Below, piece after piece: positions 11,806 through 23,869 of a stretch of DNA of 64,000 nt (its first letter is position 1; the number at the start of each line of letters is the position of its first letter). The notes under the pieces were generated by a model that had not been told where the DNA came from, ran no database searches, and saw nothing but the letters and a program-made list of their open reading frames with translations. The DNA comes from Mustelus asterias (lineage: Eukaryota): positions 992,001 to 1,056,000 of the forward strand of contig NW_027590151.1 of assembly GCF_964213995.1 (NCBI RefSeq), given 5' to 3'. The position numbers and the translations under genes were made by a program.

Positions 11806-12585
11806 CTGATACCATTGTTTATTGCCCCTTTTGTCACATTAATGATGATCAAGAGTAGACTGGTGGTAATTGGCGGCGTTGAATTTGACCTGTGCAAATT
11901 GTAGCAATAGCGGTTGCTGCGAGTGTTGTAGCTTAGGAACAGCTTAGCTAAGATTGCGGCAAGTTCTTCAGCACCGTTGCCAGAATACTTTTCAGAGCCA
12001 TCGCATTTGCTCTCTCCAATGTTTTCAAGTTTTTTTTCTTGAAATCAAATGGAATAGTGAAGTGTATCTGTTCCGTTCAGTATCTACCCCACTCTGGCTC
12101 TATCTTTCTTTCTCTTTATAGATCTGACTAAATCCTTCCCTCTCTCGGTCTAATTATCCATTTCCCTCATTTGATTTTGTTCCTTCTATTCTCTCCCAGA
12201 CTGGGTGGAACCAAGTATCTTTGAATTGATTCCTGAAAGGAGGCGGTTGTTGAGTTGGGGGGTGATTTTAGGTGGCGGAGGAGACTCAATGGTACATGTG
12301 ATCTAATCTAACTCCGTTGATTCTGTTCATTGCCAATGCAAGCTCTGATAGCAATGACTTCTGCTGTTGTCGTTGATGGGAAGTCTGAGACACTAAATTT
12401 AGGATTAGCGATATTTGCAGAGGGGTGGCATCAAATCGAACCACTGTCCGATTTTCACTTAAATTGCTACAAACACATGATTAGCTTCGGTCAAACATGT
12501 GATTCATAAAATTCAATGCAGCAGAATGCATCATCATTATTTTTGATTAGACGAACCAGCAGAGAGAATGTGAAGTGAGCAACTG

Positions 12586-12820
12586 GACAAAAGCAAATTA
12601 CTGCGGATGCTGGAATCAAAAACCAAAAGAAATAATGCTGGAAAATCTCAGCAGATCTGGCAGCATCTGCAGGGAGAGAAACGAGCTGACGTTTCGAGTC
12701 CAGATGACCCTTTGTCAAAGTTTTGACAAAGCGTCATCTGAACTCGAAACGTCAGCTCTTTTCTCTCCGGACAGATGCTGCCAGACCCAATGAAGTTTCC
12801 AGCATTTTCTCTTTTTGTTA
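12586..12820. mobile_element. Palindromic Penelope-pLTR-derived insertion with 13-bp TSD
   Basis: Inverted arms centred at 12720/12721; flanked by AAGTGAGCAACTG at 12573-12585 and 12821-12833. Confidence 0.85.
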
Positions 12821-12903
12821 AAGTGAGCAACTGACGGGCTTGTCGGACGAGTGAAGTTGCTCTACCAGTAAACGGGAACTGCTTCAACTGCATGCATCGC
12901 TAT

Positions 12904-12977
12904 GTTTCTGTAGTGCAGTGGTTATCATGTTCGTCTCACACGCGGAAAATTCGCCGCTTGGAGACGGGGCAGAAACG
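12904..12977 (+). pseudogene. tRNA-Val(CAC) pseudogene
   Basis: GTTTCTGTAGTGCAGTGGTTATCATGTTCGTCT-CAC-ACGCG..GGGCAGAAAC; B box damaged. Confidence 0.85.
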
Positions 12978-13675
12978 TTTCTGAATCGCTTTATTTAAAA
13001 ACGAATCAGATTTCAGAATTGTTCTCGTTTCTCACGAAACATGAATTGAGCTGTTGATATTTTTACGGCATTTAAGACGGGAATCACTCAGTAAATAATA
13101 TAAAAGGAAAGGTCTGCGATAGTGAGCAAGACAGGGTGAATTAACTGACACAAGGAATAACGGACAAGGGCAACATTGGTTGGTTCCCATTATTTTTACA
13201 CTTTGCTGCTTGTCTGGGTGAACTCCTGTTCTCCATTCCTCCGGCAGTATCACCGCTCAAACTGAGTCTCCATCCTGCTGTGTTAATCTCTCAGTTACTG
13301 CTATCTGAATGAAAACTGCTTGCAATCAGTCGAAGTCAAATAGTTTAGTGTTTCAATCAGTGGGAAGTTTTCTTGTCATTTAGCCGAGATTTTTATCCAG
13401 AAATTAGTGATATTTCTCTCAATGCAAACGGTTACATCTGACAATTACCACCCAGATTTGCCTTGTGGCACCATCTCCATCGTCAGCACTTTGCATCCTA
13501 TCACTGCCCTTCACTATCTGTGTTTGTTCTTGACCTGTTGTCCACGTAACATTTCCAACTCGGAAGCAAACTGCAAATCTCACTCCACTGATTTTAGCAG
13601 AGCTGCTTTGGACCAGGGAGTATTGCTGATTTGTTTATAAAAATCACTAAATCTTAATATATCGATGGCAGTATG

Positions 13676-13722
13676 TAACCCGGAAAGCGCCGAACCCCTA
13701 ACCACGAGACCACTACGATCTC
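13676..13722 (-). pseudogene. tRNA-Glu fragment
   Basis: Reverse complement TGGTCTCGTGGTTAGGGGTTCGGCGCTTTC matches the 5' half of tRNA-Glu; internally deleted. Confidence 0.6.
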
Positions 13723-14117
13723 ATCTGCCTGATTCTCCCAGAAACTGATTACAGGAATGTGCAACGCCACAATTATCCACAGTCACACTGTCCTTCCCGT
13801 CTGTTCAGATATGAAATTGTTCATATTTTCATATTGGTGTGACGAAGGCAGAGCTGTGATAAGCTGATGTTGTTCAGCATTTCTCCCACAATCATGTTTA
13901 TATCAGTTCAATGCTAACATTGCTCTTTGAATGTGGTGAGCTGCAATGAAATTTAATGCAGTTGCAGGTAGAGTACACATTTTGACAGGAGGAAAAAGCA
14001 AGGGCAATGTGAATATGAGTTCCTGAGGGTAATTGACGGGATTGTGGAATGGGACTGATATTTCTCCCTGATGTTCCAATTGGTACAGGTATTGAACTAT
14101 CATTTTCAGGGCGTTGT

Positions 14118-14189
14118 CGCCTGCTGGTGTAATGGTGAGCACTCTAGACTTTGAATGCAGCTATCCGAATTCAAATCTCGGCAGAACCT
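14118..14189 (+). pseudogene. tRNA-Gln(TTG), probably pseudogene
   Basis: TGGTGTAATGGTGAGCACTCTAGACT-TTG-AATGCAG..TTCAAATCTCGG; stem mismatches. Confidence 0.85.
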
Positions 14190-14501
14190 TGCTTTTCCTT
14201 TGCCAATGCCGATGATTGATTTGCTGAAGGACATTTCGTTTAATTTTCCCACAAAGTACGAATCGAGAGGACAATTTGTCAGCCAGTTCAACAGCTATTA
14301 CAACGTACATTGCTGAGCCTCTGGCGCCAGATGCCTGCCAAGTTTAGCGTTTTTTTTTTTCATTTCTTCGCGACTCTTTAACCCCTCTGTTGAAAGAAAG
14401 GAGCAGTTGGTTTCACACAAAAACAATTATTGGCAGTTATTGAGCGTGTGTGTGTATCTGATTTGAGAGAAAGGCCTAGTGCCTGAGGTCAGAGTGCTTT
14501 C

Positions 14502-14545
14502 GGTTGCATGGTGTAAGTGATAGCATACTGGACTCTCGCATCCAA
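14502..14545 (+). pseudogene. tRNA-Gln 5' fragment
   Basis: GGTTGCATGGTGTAAGTGATAGCATACTGGACTCT; homologous fragments at ~15522 (+) and ~28870-28913 (-). Confidence 0.6.
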
Positions 14546-14817
14546 ACTCTTTCTAAACTTGTGTCAGATAACTGAGTGAATGACACCTGTAGATGGACCC
14601 CCTGCCCACAATGGCTCCCCTGCCTCTCAACGCTTTTTATTCTTGACCAGTCGTCCTCTGGGGCTGAAGCAATGATGCCAAGAGAGTCATTCGGTGCAGG
14701 GGGCGCAAGTGTGTTGGAATGTGTTGAAGTTTCCTCAGTGTTTAGATTTGCACTTACTGAGAATTTTAAATAAAATGCCAGCAGCAAACTCATCAGCGGC
14801 TTCAGCAAAACAACGCA

Positions 14818-14889
14818 AGTCTCTGCCGCTATTTGAACTCGAATCGCTGGATTCAGAGCCCAGAGTACTCAACGTCACACCACAGATCC
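14818..14889 (-). pseudogene. tRNA-Gln(CTG) pseudogene
   Basis: Plus strand ATTTGAACTCGAATCGCTGGATTCAGAGCCCAGAGT is antisense tRNA-Gln(CTG). Confidence 0.85.
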
Positions 14890-15121
14890 CAGAACACACC
14901 GACCACCAAAATGGTCCCTCGAAGTATTTGACCTCTTTCATTCAACGTGGCAGCAACAGCAAGTGCGACAACAATGTGTCGTTATTCGCCACTGTTGATA
15001 GGGACGAAGCTCAGAAGACATAGTCCCCCAATCTACAGCCAATCATTTCCTTCACAAGCGCTATCGGAAGGTATCAGCAGAAATATTTTACATGATGTTT
15101 GCAGCTCATTGGTGCGTTCTC

Positions 15122-15193
15122 TGTTCCGTGGTGTAATGGTGCGCACTCTGGCCTTTGAATCTGGCAATGGGAATTCACGTCTCGGCTGAGCCT
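15122..15193 (+). pseudogene. tRNA-Gln(TTG) pseudogene
   Basis: TGTTCCGTGGTGTAATGGTGCGCACTCTGGCCT-TTG-AATCT; downstream flank is paralogous to that of the 14118 copy. Confidence 0.8.
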
Positions 15194-16310
15194 TACTTTT
15201 CTTTGCCAATCCTGAAGATAGTTTGCTGAAGGACATTCCGTTTAAGTGTTTCACAAAGTTCGGATCGAGAGGACAATTTGTCAGCCAGTTCAACTGCTTT
15301 TACAATGCACATTGCTGAGTCTCTGGCGCCAGATGCCTGCAACATCAGTGATCTTCTATTTCATGATGTGGATTGACCGGCGTTGGACTAGGGTGTTTTT
15401 ATTCACAAACACGACATATGTAGACAGAGACGCAATTGCAAGATAATGGTTGGAGAATTTTGGGAGAAGTGGTTGGAGACTTTTGGGAGGAAGGCCGAGT
15501 GTCCAAGGTCAGAGTGCTGTCGGTACCCGGGGGTCACGCATATCACGCATATCTGGACTCGCGCCGTCCCACGTCTTGTTTAAATTGGGACAGATGAGTG
15601 AGTGAATGTCCCCCGTAGATTCACACCCTGCAGAATATATATTGACTTAGTAACATAGTTTGAAATGATTAATCCTCATTTTGCTTCATTCCATGTCAAC
15701 CAGGGTGAAACATGCTTGGATCTTATTATTTAAAACGTCAAACCCTTAACTACTTAAACAGGTCAGGTTCAGTCGAAGAAGACTGATCCACATTGAACCG
15801 ACAAAATGTTACTGGAGTTGCTGCAAATCGCACCTCAAAATGGATCATGTCGGCAACACTCAGCAGGTCAAACAGCATCTATTGAGAGAGAAACAGAGTG
15901 CATGTTTCGGGTCGCTGACCTTTTATCCAAACTGGGAGAGTTTATAGATTTAATGGGTTACTAACAAATACAAAGTAAAGGGACATAGGGTGCGAAAGGA
16001 GGAACGGTCAAACATCCTTGTGATAGGATGTAAGGCTGGAGTGATTCAATGGCAATGGGGATTGTTGTTTCCACTGACACAATCTCCCAGATCTGTGTTC
16101 AAATTTCGCGCAAAATGAGAACAAACCTTTTTGCTGAATTAAGCACTAAACACTTCGACGTCCAGGGAAGCAAAGATAACTTTAACTCAGAAAGCAGTAA
16201 CTGTAAGATTAACAAAGCGGGCTGGAGAAAGACTCAGTTTGAGCGGTGGCACTGCCGGGGGAATGGAGAGCAGGAGTTTACTCAGGAATGGGGCAAGTTT
16301 AAAATAATAG

Positions 16311-16368
16311 CGCCCAACGTGGGGCTGAAATCGAGAGCGTCACGCCCTACCGACTCAGCTAGCTCACC
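16311..16368 (-). pseudogene. tRNA-Lys pseudogene with internal deletion
   Basis: Plus strand CGCCCAACGTGGGGCT..CTACCGACTCAGCTAGC matches antisense tRNA-Lys(CTT) ends. Confidence 0.75.
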
Positions 16369-17574
16369 ACATACAAACCTGCCAGTCCACATCCTAAAAT
16401 GTGTGGAGACCAATAAAGCGTTTCCATCTGGTGTCTCAGCTTGTTCTGATTACGAAGTATACAATCAATCAATCTACAGAATCCCTGAGGTTACAATGCA
16501 TTCCTCTCAATCATAAATATCTTCATTCACATCTTCCACTTCTTAGCTTCACCTACTTCCAAACATTGCTAACTCCTCTTACATCATTCACCTTAATAAT
16601 TTTGATCTAAATGCTCCAACCAGGTGGGGAAACAGCGTCTCAGTGTGTCCGAAGTCAGACTGTCTCGCGATTTTCAGACTTTTTAATCCGATCATCTCTC
16701 ATTATTCTAATCTAACGAGAAAACAGGCTCATCGCACTGAATCTCTCCTCCCAAGACAACCTCATCATCACGTGAATCAATCCAGTGAACCTTGATTGAA
16801 CATAGACAGCGAGGGAATAGAGGGACCACAGAGCAAAAGAGGGAACATTGATCGATGCACTGATAGAGAGACAGAGATTGAAAGAGTCTGAGACAGGTAA
16901 ACAACAACAAAAAGAGACAAAGAGGGACAGAGAGTGGGGCAGACAAGCAGAACGCCATATACACACAACAGCTGTCTGAATCCAGAAGAATGCAATCCTC
17001 TGAATTGGTGAATAATGATTTAGTGAATGTCCGAAATCATAGTCACCTTTTGAAAATGTCTTGATTCTTTGTGAGTCTGTTGTGCTGACAGAATCCTTGC
17101 AGTGTGTGTTCAGGTTCTCAAATCATACCCCATGTAAACCAATCCTGCCATGTGCACGGGAAGTCGACGAAGAAAATTCTCGTCTTGTCCAATGCGAAAC
17201 AACAGCTAAATGACGTCTTATCCAGGATGTGAACAGGGACCTCACGCAAGCTTGCATATTTTAGCACCCAAAGTGGGAAACATACCTTTGGACCAACAGG
17301 CAACCGTGAAAGATGCATGTCAATTAAATATGTTTTCGTTGACATCCCAAGCGGATCACACATCTGCACTGAAAGATGATAATGTTGGAAAAATCTCAGG
17401 AAGTAATACAGAGTGTGCACAGGGAAACAAAGCTCATCTTTCGCCTCCATGACTTTTCATGAACACTGGGACTGGTCAGAAAGGTAGGAAGTTGAAAACA
17501 AGTGAAATCCAGCAAGGAGCAAACATATCTGAACTGTTAGAATTCAGCCGAAAGACCAAAACTTAAATCGAGTC

Positions 17575-17651
17575 TGGCAGCGGTGGAATTCGAACTCTCC
17601 ATAGAAACTGGAGCCTTAATCCACGGCTTTAAACCGCTCGGCCACGCTATC
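17575..17651 (-). pseudogene. tRNA-Leu(AAG) pseudogene
   Basis: Reverse complement GATAGCGTGGCCGAGCGGTTTAAAGCCGTGGATT-AAG-GCTCCAGT..TTCGAATTCCACCGCTGCCA; variable arm shortened. Confidence 0.85.
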
Positions 17652-18839
17652 ACAATGACAGATGTGTTAATCATGCAATTTACTGATATTGTTACTGAAA
17701 TACATTGGAAGCAATGGAATTGGGAAAGCCTGTCAGGAACTTGCAACTTCACTGATTCAACTCATCCTGAACTGTTCGAAAAACAGAAATCATCTCCAGT
17801 CAGAAACACAATGAGCTGCAATAAAGGGCTGGCACGATTTAAACGTTACTTAACCTCGTCTGCTTCTCAAGCTCCGAACAGAAATGAAAATAAAACTTCA
17901 TGTTGAAGTGTTCAGGGCCTTCACTTCGGGACACATGGTGAGTTTGTGCGTTATATGTTCTACCAGGCAATAACTGACATCTGTTTTCACGGTTTAGATG
18001 CGAGCAATAAATCTTCATTTTCTGACCTGCAGTCAAAACATTAGTGAAAGTGTCAATCTCTAACCCCCAGGGCAGCAGCTTGCAACGTGTTTTAGAATTT
18101 GCTTTATCCACGCTGCGTTTGTTATTTTTATTTTCACGCAAGGCCACTTTCACCATAAACAAGTTTCTCCTGAAAAGTGGAACCTTCTGGTTCAATACAG
18201 TGATGTGTTCAGCCAATGACAGCACACAGCAATCACTCCACTGCAGTTAACGTTTTCGCATCCGACGGTGCGAAGCCGGACATAAACCTTTCCAAATGCT
18301 TTTCATTGCAGAGTGAGGGAAAAGTTTCATAATTCACTAACAGTGTAATCGGTAAAATCTCACCAATTATAATCCAGATTTTACCTATTCTTCGCGCTTG
18401 ACAAACCATCACTGTCCTTCTCTTTCTGTGTTTGTTCTTGAACTGTTGCACATGTGACATTTCCAGGTCTGATGTAAACTTTCAATCCTCAATCGGCTGA
18501 TTCCAGTAGATCTGCTTTCGATCAAAGCTTAAATCATCTTATTTTAATTGTTTGCTGAGAGCAATGAATCTTCTCTTCCTGAGCGAGAATTGAAACCAAA
18601 TATCACTGGGGGAGTGCTGAACACAAACCACAGGACTACCAGAGTAACTGGTGAACTCAGTTTTCCGAACTGTACTCCTTCGCTTATTATTTTCATCCCT
18701 GATCGTTTTCACTAGAGACAAGATTCTCCGTCAAAGTGTCCCGTTTGGATGGAGCATCGGTGCTTCCTTCAGCCAATGAGAACACCAATTGAGTTCGCTG
18801 GGACATGAAATCGACAGTGAGTGAAATCGTCCCACAAGA

Positions 18840-19340
18840 TGCTGAAGTGATCGAGGTATATAAAATTCTAAAAGCGATTGATAGAATAAACGTAGACCAA
18901 ATGTTCCTTCTTATTGGGCTACTGAGAACAAGAGATCGCATGTGCATAAAAGCAAAATACTGTGGATGCTGGAATCTGAAAAACAAATAGAAAAAGTTGG
19001 AAAATCTCAGCTGTTCTGTCACATCTGTGGGGAAAGGATAGAACGAAAGTTTCGAGTCTAGATGACATTTTGTCAGAGCTAGTGTCAAATGTACAGGTTG
19101 AGAGGCGGTAGACGTATTACTGAGTTGTTGAGGAACTACTTATCGCTGACGGTCGTGGATTTGTGGAACTTGCTACCCCATAGCATGGTGGAGTCTGAAT
19201 CATTAACAGGCTTCAAGAAAGAGTTCAGGTGGGTACGTGAATTTGAGACCAGGGAGAGATCAGCCATGAACTGATTGAATGCCAGAGCAAGCTCGAAGAA
19301 CTGAATTTGCATTTTTCAGATCTTATTTCCTCTCGTCTTA
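18840..19340 (+). mobile_element. Old CR1 3' fragment interrupted by a Penelope-derived half element (~18948-19082)
   Basis: IEVYKILKAIDRINVDQMF and VVDLWNLLP peptides either side of AAAAGCAAAATACTGTGGATGCTGGAATC..TTTCGAGTCTAGATGAC. Confidence 0.7.
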
Positions 19341-19667
19341 AGTGAAATTTTCAAGTTTCAAAACCCACAACCACATCAAAATGGCAGGTGTGCAATCTAT
19401 GTTCAGCACATCCACAGGTTCCCCTTTATCCACAGCACATGTGAGTCCAGTAAAGTACTTTGGACTGGCCTCAATCTCCCATTTAATCACTCCTGACGCC
19501 CATCTCATCAGCTGTTGTTATGTTTCCTCCCTCCCGGATATCACTTTTTAAAAACTTCCTACATTTCTAACCATTTCATGTTTGAATTAAACGTCATGGA
19601 GATGATAGTTGATCTTTGTTTCCCTGTGTGCACACACGGCCTGACTTCCTGCGTTTTTTCAGCCCTT

Positions 19668-21227
19668 TCATAAAGGGATAAAGGGGGAGGTGGCTAGATG
19701 GGTGGAGAACTGGCTTGGTCATAGAAGACAGAGGGTGGTAGTGGAAGGGTCTTTTTCTGGCTGGAGGCCTGTGACTAGTGGTGTACCGCAGGGCTCTGTA
19801 TTGGGACCTCTGCTGTTTGTGATTTATATAAATGATCTGGAAGAAGGAGTAACTGGGGTGATCAGTAAGTTTGCGGACGACACAAAACTGGCAGGACTTG
19901 CAGATAGTGAGGAACATTGTCAGAGGCTACAGAAGGATATAGATAGGCTGGAAATTTGGGCAAGGAAATGGCAGATGGAGTTCAATCCTGATAAATGCGA
20001 AGTGATGCATTTTGGTGGGAATAATGTAGGGAGGAGCTACACGATAAATGGAAGAACCATAAAGGGTGTAGAGACGCAGACGGACCTGGGTGTGCAAGTC
20101 CACAGATCTTTGAAGGTGACGTCACAGGTGGAGAAGGTGGTGAAGAAGGCATATGGCATGCTTGCCTTTATAGGACGGGGCATAGAGTATAAAAGTTGGG
20201 GTCTGATGTTGCAGATGTATAGAACGTTGGTTCGGCCGCATTTGGAATACTGCGTCCAGTTCTGGTCGCCACACTACCAGAAGGACGTGGAGGCTTTGGA
20301 GAGAGTACAGAGGAGGTTTACCAGGATGTTGCCTGGTATGGAGGGGCTTGGTTATGAGGAGAGATTGGGGAAACTGGGGTTGTTCTCCTTGGAAAGACGG
20401 AGGATGAGGGGAGACTTAATAGAGGTGTATAAAATTATGAAAGGCATAGATAGGGTGAACGGTGGGAAGCTTTTCCCCGGGTCGGTGGTGACGTTCACGA
20501 GGTTCAAGGTGAAGGGGGGGAGGTTTAACAAAGATATCAGAAGGACATATTTTACACAGAGGGTCGTGGGGGCCTGGAATGGGTTGCCGGGCAAGGTGGT
20601 GGAGGCGGACACACTGGGAACGTTTAAGACTTATCTGGACAGCTATATGAACGGAGTGGGAATGGAGGGATACAAAAGATTGGTCTAGTTGGACTAGGGA
20701 GCGGCGCGGGCTAATTGTTCTTTGTTTCTCGTTTCAAGGCTTCATTCTATGATCATCTTGCTGGTGCTAGTACAGAGCGAGACTGCGGATAGTTGGGAAC
20801 CTGTCTCGGGGGCAGGGAAATCATATGCTGTTCGTGGAAGTGGAAATGAATAGGGTTGGGAAGCATTTTCTGATCAGGGCCAGTGTGATCTCCTGGACTC
20901 GTTTCGATCGCCTCAGGGGGTCGGAGAGGAATTTCCCAGATTTTCTTTCCCCATATTGGCCCTGGGGTTTTCACTCTGGGTTTTCGCCTCTCCCTGGAGA
21001 TCACATGGTCTGGAATGGGGGGGGGGGGTGGGGGTGAGTTAATAGGTTGTGATGAACAAAGCATCGTAGCTGTGAGGGACAGCTCGGTGGATAGGATATT
21101 AGTATGTAGATAGGCTGGAAAATTGGGCGGGGATCCTGGATTCAGGATTCAATCCTGGACCGGGGAGCGGCGCGGGCTTGGAGGGCCGAAGGGCCTGTTC
21201 CTGTGCTGTATTGTTCTTTGTTCTTTG
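19668..21227 (+). mobile_element. CR1 LINE 3' part (332-aa open RT C-terminus) with extended 3' UTR
   Basis: GVPQGSVLGP, FADDTK, WQMEFN, VRPHLEYCVQFWSP; (TTCTTTG)n tail. Confidence 0.95.
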
Positions 21228-21649
21228 TCTTTGTTCACCTTGCACTGCAGATGTCTGATCAGTTTTGGATGGCAATGAGAATGTAATGTCTAACCTGTGT
21301 TCCTCTCGGTGGCTCGTAGGTCTTGGGGTTATAATTCTCTCTTTGAGTATTATAGATCCACAAAGTTGCAAGAGGTCTCGGGTTCATATCCGAATTATTC
21401 ATTTAGGTTCTGTGTCCAACAGGCCAAGCCATGGATTTGTTAGTTTATTGTCCGTGTGCACGGCAGGAGTGGGTTACATGGGGTTTTGTATGAGAACCTG
21501 AACACACGCTGAAGGGATTGTATCAACATAACATGCTCAAAACTAAATCACGACCCTCTCAAAAGACGCTTGTGGATATTCACTTTACATCTATTCGTCA
21601 ATTCAGAGGAACCCATGCTTGTGGGTTCAGAAAACTGTTGTGTGTATCA

Positions 21650-21783
21650 TCATGATGTGGAGATGCTGGCGATGAACTGGTGTGGGCGTAGTAAGAAGTC
21701 TCAGAACATCAGACTAAAGCCAAAAAGTTTTTATTAACCAAAAAACAAGTTTTCAGAGCGCTGCGCCTTCATCAGGTAAGTGG
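21650..21783 (-). mobile_element. Second Penelope-derived repeat family with a hammerhead-like core
   Basis: Reverse complement CCTGATGAAGGCGCAGCGCTCTGAAAACTTG..GACTTCTTACTACGCCCACACCAGTTCATCGCCAGCATCTCCACATCATG. Confidence 0.6.
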
Positions 21784-21790
21784 TATGTAT

Positions 21791-22112
21791 TGGGGTGTTA
21801 CGGTGGCAGAGTGGTTAGCATTGCTGCTTCAGAAACTAGAGACCCGCATTCGATTCCCAGCAAGGGTAACTGTCTGTTTGAAGTTTGCAAGTTCTCCCCA
21901 TGTTTGCGTGTGTTATTTCTGGCTGATCCAGTTCCCTTCCACGTCAAAAAAATTGCCTTTTAGGTGCATTGGCCACGCTAAATTGCACCTTAGAGACTTG
22001 CTCGTATAAATACATGGGGTTATGTGGATAGTGTCTCTGTGGGATTTTGGTCGATGCTGACTCGATTGGCCGAATGGCGTCCTTCTGCACTGCATTATAG
22101 TATTACTCATGG
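21791..22112 (+). mobile_element. HE1-like V-SINE (older copy)
   Basis: Homologous to 6871-7209 over head, V-domain and tail. Confidence 0.8.
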
Positions 22113-22557
22113 GTTCTTGATGTCTGCTCTGTCTTTCGTTGTCGCTCTATAACTGTATCGGTTTCTTTCAGTCTCTGTCTGTGCATCGATCACTGTTTTC
22201 TCTTTGCTCCTTCTATTCTGTCGCTGTCTGTGTGTAACCAAGGTCCTCTGGGTTGATTTCTATTGTGAGGCTGTTCTCCTGGGCGGAGGGATCCAGTTGG
22301 ATGAATATGGTCTCTCTGTAGTGTAGAATGAGAGGTGATCAAAATTAAATGTCTGAAATTGGGAGACAGTTTGACAGGGTACATGCTGCATGGCTTCACC
22401 TGCTGGCTGGAGTATTTGAACAAAAATACTAAGGTGAAAGATGTAAGACGAGTTTTTAATGTTTGGAAGGACATGAATCTAAGACGTAGAAGATGACAAT
22501 GATGTCAATGATTATTGAGAGGAATGCATTGTAACCTTCGGGAATCTCTAGGGCAAT

Positions 22558-23387
22558 CACAGAGTCATAGAGTCATAGAGGTTTACAGCATTGAAACAGG
22601 CTGTTCGGCCCTACTTGTCCATGCCACCCTTTCTTTTTAAACCCCTAAGCTAGTCCCAATTGTCCGCATTTTGCCCATGTCCCTCTGTACACATCTTACC
22701 TATGTACTTGTCCAAATGCTTTTTAAAAGACAAAATTGTACTCGCCTCTACTACTACTTCTGGCAGCTTGTTCCAGACACTCAACACCCTCTGTGTGAAA
22801 AAAATGCCCCGCTGGACACTTTTGTATCTTTCCTCTCTCACCTTAAACCTATGCCCTCTAATTTAAGATTCCCCTACCTTTGGGAAAATATATTGACTAT
22901 CTTGCTGATTTGTGCCCCTCATTATTTTATAGACCTCTATAAAATCATCCCTCAGCCTTCTACGCTCCAGGGGAAAAAAGTCTCAGTCTATCCAACCTCT
23001 CCTTATAACACAAACCATCAAGTCCCGGTAGCATCCTAGTAAATCTCTTCTGCACTCTTTCTCGTTTAATAATATCCTTTCTATAATAGGGTGACCAGAA
23101 CTGTACACAGCATTCCAAGTGTGGCCTTACTAATGTCTTGTACAACTTCAACAAGACGTCCCAACTCCTGTTTTCAATGTTCTGATCAATGAAACCAAGC
23201 ATCCTGAATACTTTCGTCACCATTCTCTCCACCTGTGACTCCACTTTCAAGGAGCTATGAACCTATACCCCCTAGATCTCTTTGTTCTGTAACTCACCCC
23301 AGCGCCCTACCCCTAACTGAATAAGTCCTGCCCAGCTTCAATCTAAAAAAAAATGCATCACCTCGCATTTATCTAAATTAAACTCCC
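22558..23387 (-). mobile_element. CR1 LINE 3' fragment
   Basis: (CTCTATGA)n tail; LVRPHLECCVQFWSPYY peptide. Confidence 0.9.
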
Positions 23388-23502
23388 TTGTTTGATTCAT
23401 TGTAAACTTTGTAATCAGATCAAGCTGACACACCTGATGGGGAAACAAAACACACATTTGCCTCCATAGATTTGGGGATTTGGAATACTAGCTAGTCAAC
23501 GT

Positions 23503-23577
23503 GCCTGGCTAGCTCAGTCGGCAGAGTATGAGACTCTTGATCGCAGTCATCGTGGGATCGAGCCCGACGTTATTCGC
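23503..23577 (+). pseudogene. tRNA-Lys(CTT) pseudogene
   Basis: GCCTGGCTAGCTCAGTCGGCAGAGTATGAGACT-CTT-GATC..TCGAGCCC; inverted paralog of 16311-16368. Confidence 0.85.
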
Positions 23578-23869
23578 AGCTGTTTTCAAACTTTGCCCCT
23601 TTCCTGGGTGAACTCCAATGCTTCCAATCCTCTCGAGGCGTCACCGCTCAAACTGAGTTTTTCTCCATCCCACTTTTTTAAGCTGAAAGTTAATGATTTA
23701 TGACTGAAAACTGCCTTCAAGTCATTGGAAGGCGAGGGGTTTTGTGCATAATTCATAACTGACATATGAATCCAGATCTGAGAGATTGCATCAGTGTAAA
23801 CATTAAACATCCCCATTGACATTCAGTCACCCCAGCCTTACATCCTATCACAAGACCGTTTGTTCTTTC

